From the NCBI GenBank assembly GCA_945873565.1, contig CAMCDL010000001.1, forward strand, positions 1 to 44,151: a stretch of 44,151 bases of DNA, read 5' to 3'. This stretch comes from an uncultured Selenomonadaceae bacterium (GTDB taxonomy: Bacteria; Bacillota; Negativicutes; Selenomonadales; Selenomonadaceae). Positions 1 to 9,832 of the stretch are shown here, in pieces. The translations under genes and the position numbers were made by a program. The first letter of the stretch is position 1; every line of letters starts with the position of its first letter. The notes under the pieces were generated by a model. That model did no database searches. It worked only from the letters and a program-made list of their open reading frames with translations, and had not been told where the DNA came from.

Positions 1-1
1 A

Positions 2-445
2 GCACGTGCTGTTCCTGATGATATCTGTTTGTTATATCCGACATTTGATACTAGTGTAGAGATAAATATTCCGTCTAAAAAAATATTACAAAAAGGAGAT
101 TTTTCAATATTTTATGATATGAGTGCAATTTTTCCTAAAAATTATTATAATGCTAATCCATATAGCACATATCTTCATAGTGATAATCCAGTAGTAATAT
201 TAAAAAATAATAACGTGGAACAAGGAAAGGTTTTGCTCATAAAGGATTCATTTTCTAATGTTATGGCACCATTTTTATCGTTATCATTCAGGGAGGTGCA
301 TATGCTTGATTTAAGGGCGTATACTGGGAGTGTGAAATCGTATATAGAACGTAATGAGCCGGATGTTGTTGTTTGTGAATATTATGTAAATACTTATAAA
401 AATGTGGAATATTCTTCTCATAGAAATGAATTTGATTTTAGATAG
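2..445 (+). CDS. 3' part of a gene whose 5' end is off-window; tentatively a DHHW/AlgJ-like SGNH-fold protein
   Basis: The frame is open from nt 2, with no stop upstream of the listed TTG at 29, and ends at TAG 443-445. The motif KDSFSNVMAPFLSLSFREVHMLDLR resembles the DHHW/AlgJ family from memory only. Confidence 0.35.
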   Translation, partial: ARAVPDDICLLYPTFDTSVEINIPSKKILQKGDFSIFYDMSAIFPKNYYNANPYSTYLHSDNPVVILKNNNVEQGKVLLIKDSFSNVMAPFLSLSFREVHMLDLRAYTGSVKSYIERNEPDVVVCEYYVNTYKNVEYSSHRNEFDFR

Positions 446-578
446 TATGGACATAATTTATGCTGTAAGCTTATATAATAAACATACAATATAGTATATG
501 ATGTTGTATAAATAAAGTTGACACCTTATTCTCAAGGATTTCATAGTATAATCAAGTGAATAAGGAGGTGCCCAAACT

Positions 579-920
579 ATGGCACGAAGTCAACGTAAGT
601 ACGATCATGAATACAAGGTTCAGGCAGTGAAGCTTGCACGTGAAATTGGTGGCGCTAAAGCAGCCAAAGAATTAGGTGTTCCGGAGGGAACTAATCATAC
701 CTGGTTGAAAGTAGCCAGATCTGGAGGTATGGATATTGGAGAAGGCTCCCATACTCCAGAATCCGCAATGAGTCTTGCAGAAGAGCTTGCAATGCTTCGC
801 AAGAAAGTGAAAGATCAGGATAAAGAGATCCGCCGTCTCAAAGAAGAAAACGATTTTCTGGAGGAAGCAAGTGCTTTTTTCGCAGCGAGCCGTCGGAAGT
901 CAGCAAGATCGAAGGAATGA
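579..920 (+). CDS. IS3-family transposase OrfA (HTH plus leucine-zipper part)
   Basis: GGAGG RBS at 565-569. The N-terminus MARSQRKYDHEYKVQAVKL is typical of IS3 OrfA. The coiled-coil-like tail overlaps orfB through ATGA. Confidence 0.9.
   Translation: MARSQRKYDHEYKVQAVKLAREIGGAKAAKELGVPEGTNHTWLKVARSGGMDIGEGSHTPESAMSLAEELAMLRKKVKDQDKEIRRLKEENDFLEEASAFFAASRRKSARSKE
875..881 (+). promoter_or_regulatory. Putative programmed -1 ribosomal frameshift heptamer T TTT TTC
   Basis: The X XXY YYZ pattern is in register with the orfA codons GCT TTT TTC. The orfB frame is open from 875 through its ATG at 917, so slippage would yield OrfAB. Confidence 0.6.
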
Positions 921-1825
921 AATTCATTGCTATCAAGACTGAGGACGGCCATATCAAGGGAAAACTGGCTTTCTATTGCCATATGCTCCATGTTAGTCGG
1001 CAGGGCTTCTATAATTACCTGGTGAACAGGGACAAACCATGGAAATATCAGGATTTGGCGGATGCTATGCGAGAAATCAATGCTGAAGATACCTGCAACG
1101 ATACCTATGGTCGTATCCGAATGTATCAGGCACTACAGCTTAAGCAGCCAGAGGGCGTGCACATTCCAAGTGAGCGTACCGTTTATAGAGTCATGGAAGA
1201 GATTGGAATCAGCCATCGCCCTAAACGGAAGCCAAATGGTATTACCAAGGCAGATAAAGAAGCTCGTAAATCAGATGATCTCGTAAAACGGGATTTTACA
1301 GCAGATCAACCTCTGACCAAGTGTGTAACTGACATAACCGAGATTAAGGCTAAAGATGGTAAACTCTACGTATCTGGCATTTTTGATTGCTTCGATTCAG
1401 CTGTTCTTGGTCTGGCAATGGAGACAAACATGAAAGCTACTCTCTGCCAGCACACGGTCGAGAATGCTTATATGGCATATCCGGAGATCCGTGGGGCAAT
1501 TCTTCATTCTGATCGCGGGACACAGTACACCAGCGAACTCTATCGCACAACATTAGCAAAATATGGCATCGTTCAGAGCATGAATAGTGCTGGTGGACGT
1601 TGCCATGATAATGCAAAATGCGAAAGCATGTGGGCTCGTCTGAAGAGTGAACTGCTCTACGACAGGGTCAACACTGAGGATTTGACGGTGGAGGAACTTA
1701 AAGTTATGATCTGGAGATACTTCATCAGTTACTGGAACAATCGGAGGATCTGTACCGCCAATGGTGGTCTTCCTCCAATGATCAAGCGACAGAGATACTA
1801 CGATTCTCTCCAGCTTGCAGCATAG
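917..1825 (+). CDS. IS3-family transposase OrfB (DDE catalytic domain)
   Basis: It lies in the -1 frame relative to orfA. It carries HSDRGTQYTS and CHDNAKCES motifs of the IS3 DDE core. It is probably made as an OrfAB fusion. Confidence 0.9.
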   Translation: MKFIAIKTEDGHIKGKLAFYCHMLHVSRQGFYNYLVNRDKPWKYQDLADAMREINAEDTCNDTYGRIRMYQALQLKQPEGVHIPSERTVYRVMEEIGISHRPKRKPNGITKADKEARKSDDLVKRDFTADQPLTKCVTDITEIKAKDGKLYVSGIFDCFDSAVLGLAMETNMKATLCQHTVENAYMAYPEIRGAILHSDRGTQYTSELYRTTLAKYGIVQSMNSAGGRCHDNAKCESMWARLKSELLYDRVNTEDLTVEELKVMIWRYFISYWNNRRICTANGGLPPMIKRQRYYDSLQLAA

Positions 1826-1961
1826 TCCATGAATCCCTTGAGTAAAATGTGTCAACCAATATTGACAACATCAAGGGCACGTCTTGTGTGGGTGTCTGTA
1901 AAACGGGTACTACACTAATTCGTGTGTCCACTGTTATGGGTACATTATAATTTATGAATAA

Positions 1962-2412
1962 ATAAAAGAAATATTAGATGAGGCTAGAGCGCAAGTATAG
2001 CATTCAGCAAATTCAGCAATGGTAAAAGCATATTGGAGTATTGGTAAGAAAATATATGAAGCTTGCAATGAAAATGATAGAGCTGAGTATGGAAAAGCCC
2101 TATTGTAACAGTTATCAAAGAAACTTACTGATGACTTTGGTAAAGGCTTTACTCCTGCCAATCTGAGAAATATGCGCCAATTTTATACGATATTTCCAAA
2201 TTGCAACTCACTGCGTAGCAAATTGAGTTGGACATAGTATCGTCTGTTAATGCGAGTTGGTAACGACAGTATAAGGGAATTTTACATAGAAGAATGTATA
2301 AAGTCCAATTGGAGCTCAAGGCAGTTAGAACGACAAATAAATAGTTTTCCAAGTGAAACTGAATTACAAAAGTATATAGAAGAACGAGAAAGATTAGAAG
2401 AACGTGAGTTGC
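1962..2412 (+). pseudogene. Degraded YhcG/DUF1016-family (PD-(D/E)XK nuclease) gene
   Basis: A single frame reads IKEILDEARAQV*HSANSAMVKAYWSIGKKIYEACNENDRAEYGKALL*QLSKKLTDDFGKGFTPANLRNMRQFY...SWT*YRLLMRV..FYIEECIKSNWSSRQLERQINSF. In-frame stops lie at 1998-2000, 2106-2108 and 2235-2237. The nuclease core appears to be deleted. Confidence 0.7.
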
Positions 2413-2678
2413 AATACACACCAGAATATAAGACTAAAATTGTTCTAATAGACAAGGCTGCACTTATAGCTTATATCCAGATTATGTTGAGCGCTGGAAG
2501 AATGGTTTATAATGATATAAGCTCAGAAATGGTAAGCAAGCCGGATAAGCACGGCATAATAGCCGCATACAAGGTTAAGGTTTATCTGGATAGCAAAAGA
2601 ATCAGCAATTATGTTGAGTGGGATGCAGCGTATGGAAAGATAGCAGTATTTGTTTTGAGGTAAAGGAACTGAAATATA

Positions 2679-3152
2679 ATGGCACTTGAAAAAGCAAAAG
2701 CATATTTAGCAGAAAGAGGATATTTAGATAGGGTTCAGGAATTTGAAGTGTCCAGTGCTACAGTAGAGCTGGCTGCTAAGGCTGTGGGTACTGAGCCAGG
2801 ACGTATTGCAAAGTCGCTGACCTTTCTTGTAGAGGATAAAGCTGTAATGATATTGGCGGCTGGAGATGTCAGGATTGATAATTCAAAATTTAAGAAATAT
2901 TTTCATACAAAGGCAAAGATGCTGGACCGTGAACAGGTTGAGGAAATGATAGGTCATGCAGTAGGTGGCGTATGTCCTTTTGGCATTAATCCAAGAGTGG
3001 ATGTTTATCTGGATGAAAGTCTGAAAAAGTATGACGTGGTGTATCCAGCTTGTGGCAGTGATAACAGCTCTGTTAGACTGAGTATTTCCGAGCTGGAGGA
3101 ATTATCTGGGTGCAAGGCCTGGATTGATATTTCCAAAATTAGTGCAAAATGA
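2679..3152 (+). CDS. YbaK/EbsC-family aminoacyl-tRNA deacylase
   Basis: 157 aa. The motifs IAKSLTF and GHAVGGVCPFG are typical of the YbaK/ProX editing domain. Confidence 0.75.
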   Translation: MALEKAKAYLAERGYLDRVQEFEVSSATVELAAKAVGTEPGRIAKSLTFLVEDKAVMILAAGDVRIDNSKFKKYFHTKAKMLDREQVEEMIGHAVGGVCPFGINPRVDVYLDESLKKYDVVYPACGSDNSSVRLSISELEELSGCKAWIDISKISAK

Positions 3153-4288
3153 TAAAAAAAAGAATTGTTGAACTGGATATGGTCAAGGGAATTGGCATAA
3201 TATATGTTTTCCTGAGGCATCTGTGCGAATTGACAGGCGTCAACACCTACGGAGGTGAGGTTTATTTCCTATTTGATTCCTGTACCGAGTGCATGATGTT
3301 CCTGTTTGTTTTTCTTTCTGGATACGTTTACAAGCCAAAAACTTCAATAGGGGAAGATATAAAAAATAAGGTGAGGCAGCTGCTGATACCATATTTGAAG
3401 TATATATCCTTTTTCTCTTGCATCTACTTTTTTGTTTATGTTCTGCAAGGTGATATGAGCTTGGCAATGTTTGGTACCTATACCATTAGTAATTTTCTGG
3501 GAAATCCAGGCTTCGATTATCTGCAATGGACTACATATGTGAATCCTATCAAATATGCTTTTGTACCTTTCTGGTATATTGCAGAGATATTCAGTGCCTT
3601 TACATTGTTTATTCTGGTATTCAGGATGGTGAAGGATAAGGGGCTGCAGGGAAAGGGCCTTGCTGCAATAATGCTGCTGGTGCTGACAAGTCTGCTGATG
3701 TATTTTGACCTGCGAGGAATTATTGCCAATACATTTGTTTCTGGAGTGTCCTATTTTACTGTGTGTCCGAATATTACGGGTTTTGCTGCTCTTCTTCTGA
3801 TTGGACATATTCTTCATGAGGTAAGAGCCTTTGATTTAGAGTTTTATAGCAAGAAAAACGTTATGATTACTCTGGCTATATCTCTAGTTATCATGATAAC
3901 CTTTTTTGCATTTCATGATAATCCTTACGCCCTGCAGTATGCTCATTGGGGATCCTTTGGATTCAGAAGCGTGTATATGGCTACTGTAAGCGCATTAGCT
4001 CTTACCTATATGCTGATTAATATCTGCTATTACCTGAAGCGTCTTGAAAGGATTAGGACCTGCCTCACATACATTGGAGCTAATACCCTGGACATTCTGC
4101 TGCTTCATTTCGGTATAGGTGAGCTGATTACTATGGCCTTTGGCTTTTGGTATCCTGTTTACGATATTCCATGCTATCCAGCAGATGGCTTTGCCTGGTG
4201 GCATTTCTATCTGGTGGTGGTTTTAACAGCTATTATTATCGGTATATATTTTGCAATAAAAAAGAGGAAAGAGTATGTCTGGAAATAA
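3149..4288 (+). CDS. Membrane acyltransferase (acyltransferase_3 / OafA-like family)
   Basis: 379 aa and polytopic. The N-terminus ELDMVKGIGIIYVFLRH is typical of the family. Its start overlaps the ybaK-like stop (ATGA). Confidence 0.7.
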   Translation: MIKKRIVELDMVKGIGIIYVFLRHLCELTGVNTYGGEVYFLFDSCTECMMFLFVFLSGYVYKPKTSIGEDIKNKVRQLLIPYLKYISFFSCIYFFVYVLQGDMSLAMFGTYTISNFLGNPGFDYLQWTTYVNPIKYAFVPFWYIAEIFSAFTLFILVFRMVKDKGLQGKGLAAIMLLVLTSLLMYFDLRGIIANTFVSGVSYFTVCPNITGFAALLLIGHILHEVRAFDLEFYSKKNVMITLAISLVIMITFFAFHDNPYALQYAHWGSFGFRSVYMATVSALALTYMLINICYYLKRLERIRTCLTYIGANTLDILLLHFGIGELITMAFGFWYPVYDIPCYPADGFAWWHFYLVVVLTAIIIGIYFAIKKRKEYVWK

Positions 4289-4391
4289 CAATATTATCTC
4301 TGTTTATGCACCATTGACTGGTAAGGTAATCCCAATAAGTGAGGTAGATGATCCAGTATTCAAAAAACTGAGAGATTATTGTCTGTTTTAA
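4275..4391 (+). pseudogene. N-terminal stub of a PTS glucose-type EIIA domain
   Basis: A 38-codon ORF reads MSGNNNIISVYAPLTGKVIPISEVDDPVFKKL... It matches the conserved EIIA(Glc) start (APxxGxxxxLxxVPDxVF) and then stops. The rest of the ~160-aa domain is missing. Confidence 0.5.
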
Positions 4392-4419
4392 GGATTGCAC
4401 AGGGTATTGGAGAGAGATT

Positions 4420-5112
4420 ATGAAGACAATCGGATTAATAGGCGGTATGAGCTGGGAAAGCACAATACCATACTACTCAATTATAAATACATATGTGAAG
4501 GAACACCTGGGTGGGCTGCACAGTGCAAAAATAGTACTTTTCAGTGTGGAGTTTGACGAGATTGAAAAATGCCAGTCCAGTGGTCAGTGGGAGAAAAGCG
4601 GTGCTATTTTGGCAGATGCAGCAAAAAAGCTGGAGATGGCTGGCGCAGATATGATTCTTATCTGTACTAATACCATGCACAAGGTGTTTAATCAGGTCCA
4701 GTCGGCGGTAAAGATTCCTTTGATTCATATTGCTGATGCAACAGCTGACGTACTCAAAAAAGACAATATTGGTACCGTCGGTCTTTTAGGTACACGCTAT
4801 ACTATGACCCAGGATTTTTATAAGAATAGGCTTATCCATCAGGGGCTTAACGTGATTATTCCGGAGCCAGATGATATTGATCATGTTAATGATATTATCT
4901 TCAAGGAACTGTGCCTGGGTCAAATCAAGGCTGCATCCAGAAATGAATTTTCCAGGATTATTGCTAAACTGAAGTCGCGCGGGGCTGAGGCTGTAATACT
5001 TGGCTGTACCGAAATAGGACTTCTGGTAACTTCGGAGTCATCTGAGCTCAAGATATACGATACAACAGTAATTCATGCAACAAGAGCAGCTGAGCTTGCC
5101 TTTGAGGTATAG
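4420..5112 (+). CDS. Aspartate/glutamate racemase family protein
   Basis: 230 aa. It has MKTIGLIGGMSWESTIPYY and a second catalytic region ILGCTEI, typical of Asp racemase/YgeA. Confidence 0.8.
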   Translation: MKTIGLIGGMSWESTIPYYSIINTYVKEHLGGLHSAKIVLFSVEFDEIEKCQSSGQWEKSGAILADAAKKLEMAGADMILICTNTMHKVFNQVQSAVKIPLIHIADATADVLKKDNIGTVGLLGTRYTMTQDFYKNRLIHQGLNVIIPEPDDIDHVNDIIFKELCLGQIKAASRNEFSRIIAKLKSRGAEAVILGCTEIGLLVTSESSELKIYDTTVIHATRAAELAFEV

Positions 5113-5122
5113 ACGGCTGGTT

Positions 5123-6445
5123 ATGCAAAAAATAACTGATTCAAAAAAGAAGTACTATAAGGCGGCTATGACTTCACTGGTCAGCCTTTCTATTCCTACT
5201 GTTTTGGAAGAGATACTGGCAACCCTTCTCCAGTATGTCGATACGGCAATGGTTGGGCATCTAGGGGAGGATGCAACTGCTGCTGTAAGTGCCACCACCA
5301 CCATTGGCTGGCTGATGCATGCTATTCCTGGAGCCTTTGCTGTGGCAATGCTGGCCCTTGCAGCTAGGGCTAACGGATCTGGTGATGAACGCCTGTTGAA
5401 AAAAATTGCTGGGCAGGCAATGATATGTGCCTTTTCTATAGGAATTGTCCTTGAAATAGCAGCGCTGGCATTGTCCCCATACATTCCGATATGGATGGGG
5501 GTAGAGGAAGATATTGTCGGGCCGGCCAGTATGTATTTTTTCATCACAAGCCTGACACTGGTTTTTCGGACATCCTCGAGAGTGTTTTCTGCTATGGTAC
5601 GCTCAGTAAAGGATACAAAGTCCCCTATGTACGTCAGTATCTGCGAGAATATACTGAATGTTGTTCTTAATTACATTCTTATCTATGAATGCAATCTTGG
5701 GATATTTGGTGCTGCGGTTGCTTCATCCATAAGCTTCTGCCTAGGCGGGCTGGCAATGTTTATTCTTATGCTTAGCAAAACTGGACTTAGGCCAGGTGTT
5801 GGTGACCTTAAGCTGGACAGAGCTATAATGGCTGAGGCATTATCCATAGGTATGCCTGTGCTTGGTACAACAGTTGTTAGCTGCCTGGGTTATATTGTGT
5901 TTGCTGGTATGGTATCCAGAATGGGAACAACGGTGTTTGCAGCGCATTCCATAGCTATTACTGCTGAGCAGATAGTGTATATACCAGGCTATGGTGTAAG
6001 GGTAGCTACAAGCTCTCTTATTGGCAATATCCTTGGCAAGGGAAATCTTGCAAGGCTTCGGATAACCAGCAGGGCTGCTATTTTTCTGACCATGGCAATG
6101 ATGCTGGTAAACGGAACACTATTGTATTTGTTTGCTCATCCGTTTATGCAGATATTTACCAACTCTGCGGAGGTGGCTGAGCTTGGAGGCAGGATGCTTA
6201 AGCTGGTAGCCTTTTCAGAACCGTTTTTTGGTCTGATGATAGTGCTGGAGGGCATCTCCTACGGAATGGGGCGGACAAAACATATTTTTCTCTGCGAGTC
6301 AGCCAGCATGTGGGGCGTGCGTATACTGATGACATTTATTTGCATAAATGTGTGGGGACTGGGGCTTGAAGCAGTCTGGTTCTGTATGATAGCTGATAAT
6401 ATAGCAAAGTCCCTGCTGTTATATATATTCAGGCCAAGAGTCTGA
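5123..6445 (+). CDS. MATE-family efflux transporter
   Basis: About 440 aa and polytopic. The N-terminal region KITDSKKKYYKAAMTSLVSLSIPTVLEEILATLLQYVDTAMVGHLG is typical of MATE/NorM. I chose the start at ATG 5123 rather than the listed upstream ATG at 5075, which overlaps the racemase gene. Confidence 0.8.
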   Translation: MQKITDSKKKYYKAAMTSLVSLSIPTVLEEILATLLQYVDTAMVGHLGEDATAAVSATTTIGWLMHAIPGAFAVAMLALAARANGSGDERLLKKIAGQAMICAFSIGIVLEIAALALSPYIPIWMGVEEDIVGPASMYFFITSLTLVFRTSSRVFSAMVRSVKDTKSPMYVSICENILNVVLNYILIYECNLGIFGAAVASSISFCLGGLAMFILMLSKTGLRPGVGDLKLDRAIMAEALSIGMPVLGTTVVSCLGYIVFAGMVSRMGTTVFAAHSIAITAEQIVYIPGYGVRVATSSLIGNILGKGNLARLRITSRAAIFLTMAMMLVNGTLLYLFAHPFMQIFTNSAEVAELGGRMLKLVAFSEPFFGLMIVLEGISYGMGRTKHIFLCESASMWGVRILMTFICINVWGLGLEAVWFCMIADNIAKSLLLYIFRPRV

Positions 6446-6478
6446 TGGTTTTTTCATTATTTTTTTGGAGGTCCTGGC

Positions 6479-7342
6479 ATGGAAAAAGTAATTTCAGGTA
6501 AACAGTTTGATGAGGAACGGGCATTGTATGGACTTAAGGATACAAGGGTAACCAGCTGCAGGTTTGATGGTCCGGCTGATGGTGAATCTGCCTTTAAGGA
6601 ATGCTCAGATATAGTGGTTGAAGAATGTTATTTTAATCTCAGGTATCCCTTCTGGCATGATAGGTCTGCTGTCCTTAAAAAGGTAAGGATGACAGAAAAC
6701 TGCCGGGCGGCGCTATGGTATGATAAGAATATTGCAATTGAGGAGTCTGAGCTTCATGGAATCAAGGCACTCAGGGAATGTACCGGGATAAATGTGAAGG
6801 ATTCCAGTATTGTTTCCGCGGAGGTATTCTGGCGCTGTTCTGATATCAGGGTGGATAATTGCCAGTTGCAGTCGGAATATCCATTTTTCGAATCCCGTAA
6901 TGTGGAGATTAATAATCTTAAGATGATAGGAAAGTACTCCTTCCAGTATGTTGAGAATATGACAATAGCTGGTTCAGAGCTGGATACCAAGGATGCCTTT
7001 TGGCACAGTAAAAACGTTACAGTGATAGACAGTGTTGTTAAGGGTGAATACTTGGGCTGGTATTCTGAGAATTTGAAATTTGTACGCTGTCATATTATAG
7101 GTACCCAGCCTTTATGCTATTGCAAGGGACTGATTTTAGAGGACTGCACTATGGAGGCGACAGATCTTTCTTTTGAAAGAAGTGAGGTGAATGCTACGAT
7201 ATCAGGACGCATTGAAGGTGTAAAAAATCCTCTCAAGGGCTTTATCAAGGCCGATGAGATAGGTGAGCTGCTGATTGAGGAGCAGTACGTTGATAAGGCA
7301 GCGACAGAAATTATGTGTTCCGAAATCCAGTGCATAAGGTAA
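6479..7342 (+). CDS. DUF3737-like beta-helix repeat protein
   Basis: 287 aa. It begins FDEERALYGLKDTRVTSCRFDGPADGESAFKE and has repeated ~22-aa beta-helix-like units. The family assignment is from memory. Confidence 0.5.
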   Translation: MEKVISGKQFDEERALYGLKDTRVTSCRFDGPADGESAFKECSDIVVEECYFNLRYPFWHDRSAVLKKVRMTENCRAALWYDKNIAIEESELHGIKALRECTGINVKDSSIVSAEVFWRCSDIRVDNCQLQSEYPFFESRNVEINNLKMIGKYSFQYVENMTIAGSELDTKDAFWHSKNVTVIDSVVKGEYLGWYSENLKFVRCHIIGTQPLCYCKGLILEDCTMEATDLSFERSEVNATISGRIEGVKNPLKGFIKADEIGELLIEEQYVDKAATEIMCSEIQCIR

Positions 7343-7365
7343 GCTGACAACAAGAGATTTAAAAA

Positions 7366-7404
7366 GGTTTCTCAGCTGGTGCTGCCAGCTGAGAAACCTT
7401 TTTT
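7366..7404 (+). terminator. Rho-independent terminator
   Basis: A perfect 14-bp stem pairs GGTTTCTCAGCTGG (7366-7379) with CCAGCTGAGAAACC (7385-7398). The loop is 5 nt and a T6 run follows. Confidence 0.9.
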
Positions 7405-7521
7405 CAATGAATTAAGGCATACTAATTATCACGGGTTTGTGTTATAATATTAAAATATGCTGACTGTTTGCAATTTCAGTTGGTGAATGTGGTATTCTAG
7501 TGTATTATCAAGGAGAAATAT

Positions 7522-9831
7522 ATGCAGAAGCTTAGAAAAATGCCATTGCTTCCCTTAAGAGGAATGATGGTTTTCCCATATATGATTGTTCATCTCGATG
7601 TTGGCCGCGAGCAGTCTGTAAATGCTCTTGAGCAGGCTATGGTAGATGATAAGCAGATTTTTTTGACAGCCCAGATTGATAGCGAGGTAGATGCTCCTAA
7701 GCTTAGGGACCTTTATGAAATAGGTACCGTAGCTGAGGTAAAGCAGGTACTTAAGCTGCCAGGCGGTGCCATAAGGGTTCTGGTTGAAGGCCTGCATCGT
7801 GCTCAGATTGTAAACTATTATCATGATGACTCATATGTTGAGGTTGAAATCGAAGAGTACGTAGATGAAATAGATGAATCTATGGAAATGGAGGCCTTGA
7901 CAAGGGCTGTTGTAAGCCAGTTTGAAAACTGGGTAAAGGTCAGCAAGAAGATTCCTTCTGACGCTCTTGTTTCTGTATCGATAATAGCTGATTCCGGACG
8001 CATGGCTGATCTGATTGCTAGCCACCTCAATCTTAAGCTGGAGGATAGGCAGGCTATTCTGGAGTGTATCGATGTGAAGGCAAGGCTGGAGCATCTTTAT
8101 GGCGTTCTCCGTAAGGAGATGGAAATCCTTGAAATTGAGAAAAAAATTGGCAGCCGGGTAAAGAAGCAGATAGGCAAAATTCAGAAGGAGTATTATCTGC
8201 AGGAGCAGATAAAGGCTATTCATAAGGAGCTGGGTGACCCGGATGGCAAGACTGGTGATATTGAAGACTTTAAGAAGCGACTCAAGGAAGGAGATTATCC
8301 TGAAGACGTGGTGAAGACTGTAAAGAAGGAGCTTACCCGTTTAGAAAGATCCTCCAGTATGTCGCAAGAAGCAGGCGTCATTACCACCTATATCGACACT
8401 TTGCTTCAGATGCCTTGGCGTATAAGCACTGAGGACCATATAGATGTTGTTGAAGCATCCAAGGTCCTTGATGAGGATCATTATGGTCTGGAGAAGGTAA
8501 AGGACCGCATCCTGGAATATCTGGCAGTAAGACAGCTTTCGCCTGATATGAAGGCTCCTATACTTTGTCTGGTAGGACCTCCTGGTGTTGGCAAGACTTC
8601 TCTTGCTGCATCTGTTGCCAGAGCCATAGGCCGTAAATTTGTCAGAAGCTCCCTGGGCGGTGTAAGGGATGAAGCGGAAATAAGAGGCCATCGTCGTACC
8701 TACGTAGGTGCTATGCCTGGCCGTATTCTCACTGCTCTGAAAAAGGTTGGCGCCTGCAATCCAGTGTTCCTGCTGGATGAGGTTGATAAGATGGCAGCTG
8801 ATTACAAGGGGGATCCTACAGCTGCACTTCTTGAGGTTCTTGATCCAGCACAGAATAATACCTTCAGTGACCACTATGTTGAGCTTCCTTTTGATTTATC
8901 AAAGGTGCTCTGGATAATCACTGCTAATGATATGAGCTCTATTCCTCGTCCACTGATTGACAGAATGGAGATAATACATCTTTCCAGCTATACAGAAAAT
9001 GAGAAGCTGGAAATAGCTAAGCGCTATCTTGTGGTTCGCCAGCGTAAAGAAAATGGCCTTACTGCCAAGCAGGTCCGCTTTGGTGCAGGCGTATTGCAGC
9101 GCATAATTGCCGAATATACCAGGGAGTCTGGTGTGCGCGAGCTTGAGCGTGTTATCGGTCATGCTTGCCGCAAGGCTGCCAGAATGATTGTGGAGGAAAA
9201 GGCTGAAAGCGTATCCATCACAGTCAAGAATCTGGCTGATATTCTAGGCAAAACCAAGTATCCGCACCGTAAAAAGGAAAAGAAAGCTGAAATTGGCCTC
9301 TGCAACGGTATGGCCTGGACCCAGGTAGGCGGTGATCTCCTGCCGGCTGAAGTGAATATACTGCCAGGCAAGGGCAAGCTGGAGCTTACAGGAAAGCTTG
9401 GAGATGTCATGAAGGAATCCGGCATGGCAGCACTCTCGTACATAAGAAGCCATCAGAGGGAGCTTAAGCTGGATGACGGATTCTATGAAAAGATAGACAT
9501 TCACGTTCATTTTCCTGAGGGAGCTGTTCCAAAGGATGGCCCTTCTGCGGGCATAACAATGGCAACAGCTATGGTTTCGGCTCTTACCCGCCGCAAGGTC
9601 AGGGCTGATGTTGCTATGACTGGCGAGATTACCATCAGAGGCAGGGTGCTGGCTATAGGCGGCCTTAAGGAGAAGGTAATGGCTGCCTGCCGTGAGGGTA
9701 TCAAGACCATCATACTGCCAAAGGATAATGAGCGGGATATAGAGGATATTCCAGAGGAGGTTCGTGATAAGCTGGAGTTTATTCCAGTGTCAAGTATCGA
9801 TCAGGTGCTGGAAAATGCATTGGTGAAGTAA
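7522..9831 (+). CDS. lon: ATP-dependent Lon protease
   Basis: 769 aa. It has a LON N-domain, the Walker A motif GPPGVGKTS and the catalytic PKDGPSAG serine motif. An AGGAG RBS is present. Confidence 0.97.
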   Translation: MQKLRKMPLLPLRGMMVFPYMIVHLDVGREQSVNALEQAMVDDKQIFLTAQIDSEVDAPKLRDLYEIGTVAEVKQVLKLPGGAIRVLVEGLHRAQIVNYYHDDSYVEVEIEEYVDEIDESMEMEALTRAVVSQFENWVKVSKKIPSDALVSVSIIADSGRMADLIASHLNLKLEDRQAILECIDVKARLEHLYGVLRKEMEILEIEKKIGSRVKKQIGKIQKEYYLQEQIKAIHKELGDPDGKTGDIEDFKKRLKEGDYPEDVVKTVKKELTRLERSSSMSQEAGVITTYIDTLLQMPWRISTEDHIDVVEASKVLDEDHYGLEKVKDRILEYLAVRQLSPDMKAPILCLVGPPGVGKTSLAASVARAIGRKFVRSSLGGVRDEAEIRGHRRTYVGAMPGRILTALKKVGACNPVFLLDEVDKMAADYKGDPTAALLEVLDPAQNNTFSDHYVELPFDLSKVLWIITANDMSSIPRPLIDRMEIIHLSSYTENEKLEIAKRYLVVRQRKENGLTAKQVRFGAGVLQRIIAEYTRESGVRELERVIGHACRKAARMIVEEKAESVSITVKNLADILGKTKYPHRKKEKKAEIGLCNGMAWTQVGGDLLPAEVNILPGKGKLELTGKLGDVMKESGMAALSYIRSHQRELKLDDGFYEKIDIHVHFPEGAVPKDGPSAGITMATAMVSALTRRKVRADVAMTGEITIRGRVLAIGGLKEKVMAACREGIKTIILPKDNERDIEDIPEEVRDKLEFIPVSSIDQVLENALVK

Positions 9832-9832
9832 T

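Larger units (their letters stand above)
519..1854 (+). mobile_element. IS3-family insertion sequence (~1.34 kb)
   Basis: Terminal inverted repeats match at 21/26: TGACACCTTATTCTCAAGGATTTCAT (519-544) against the reverse complement of 1829-1854 (TGACACATTTTACTCAAGGGATTCAT). Termini are TG...CA. OrfA and OrfB lie in 0/-1 frames. Confidence 0.85.
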
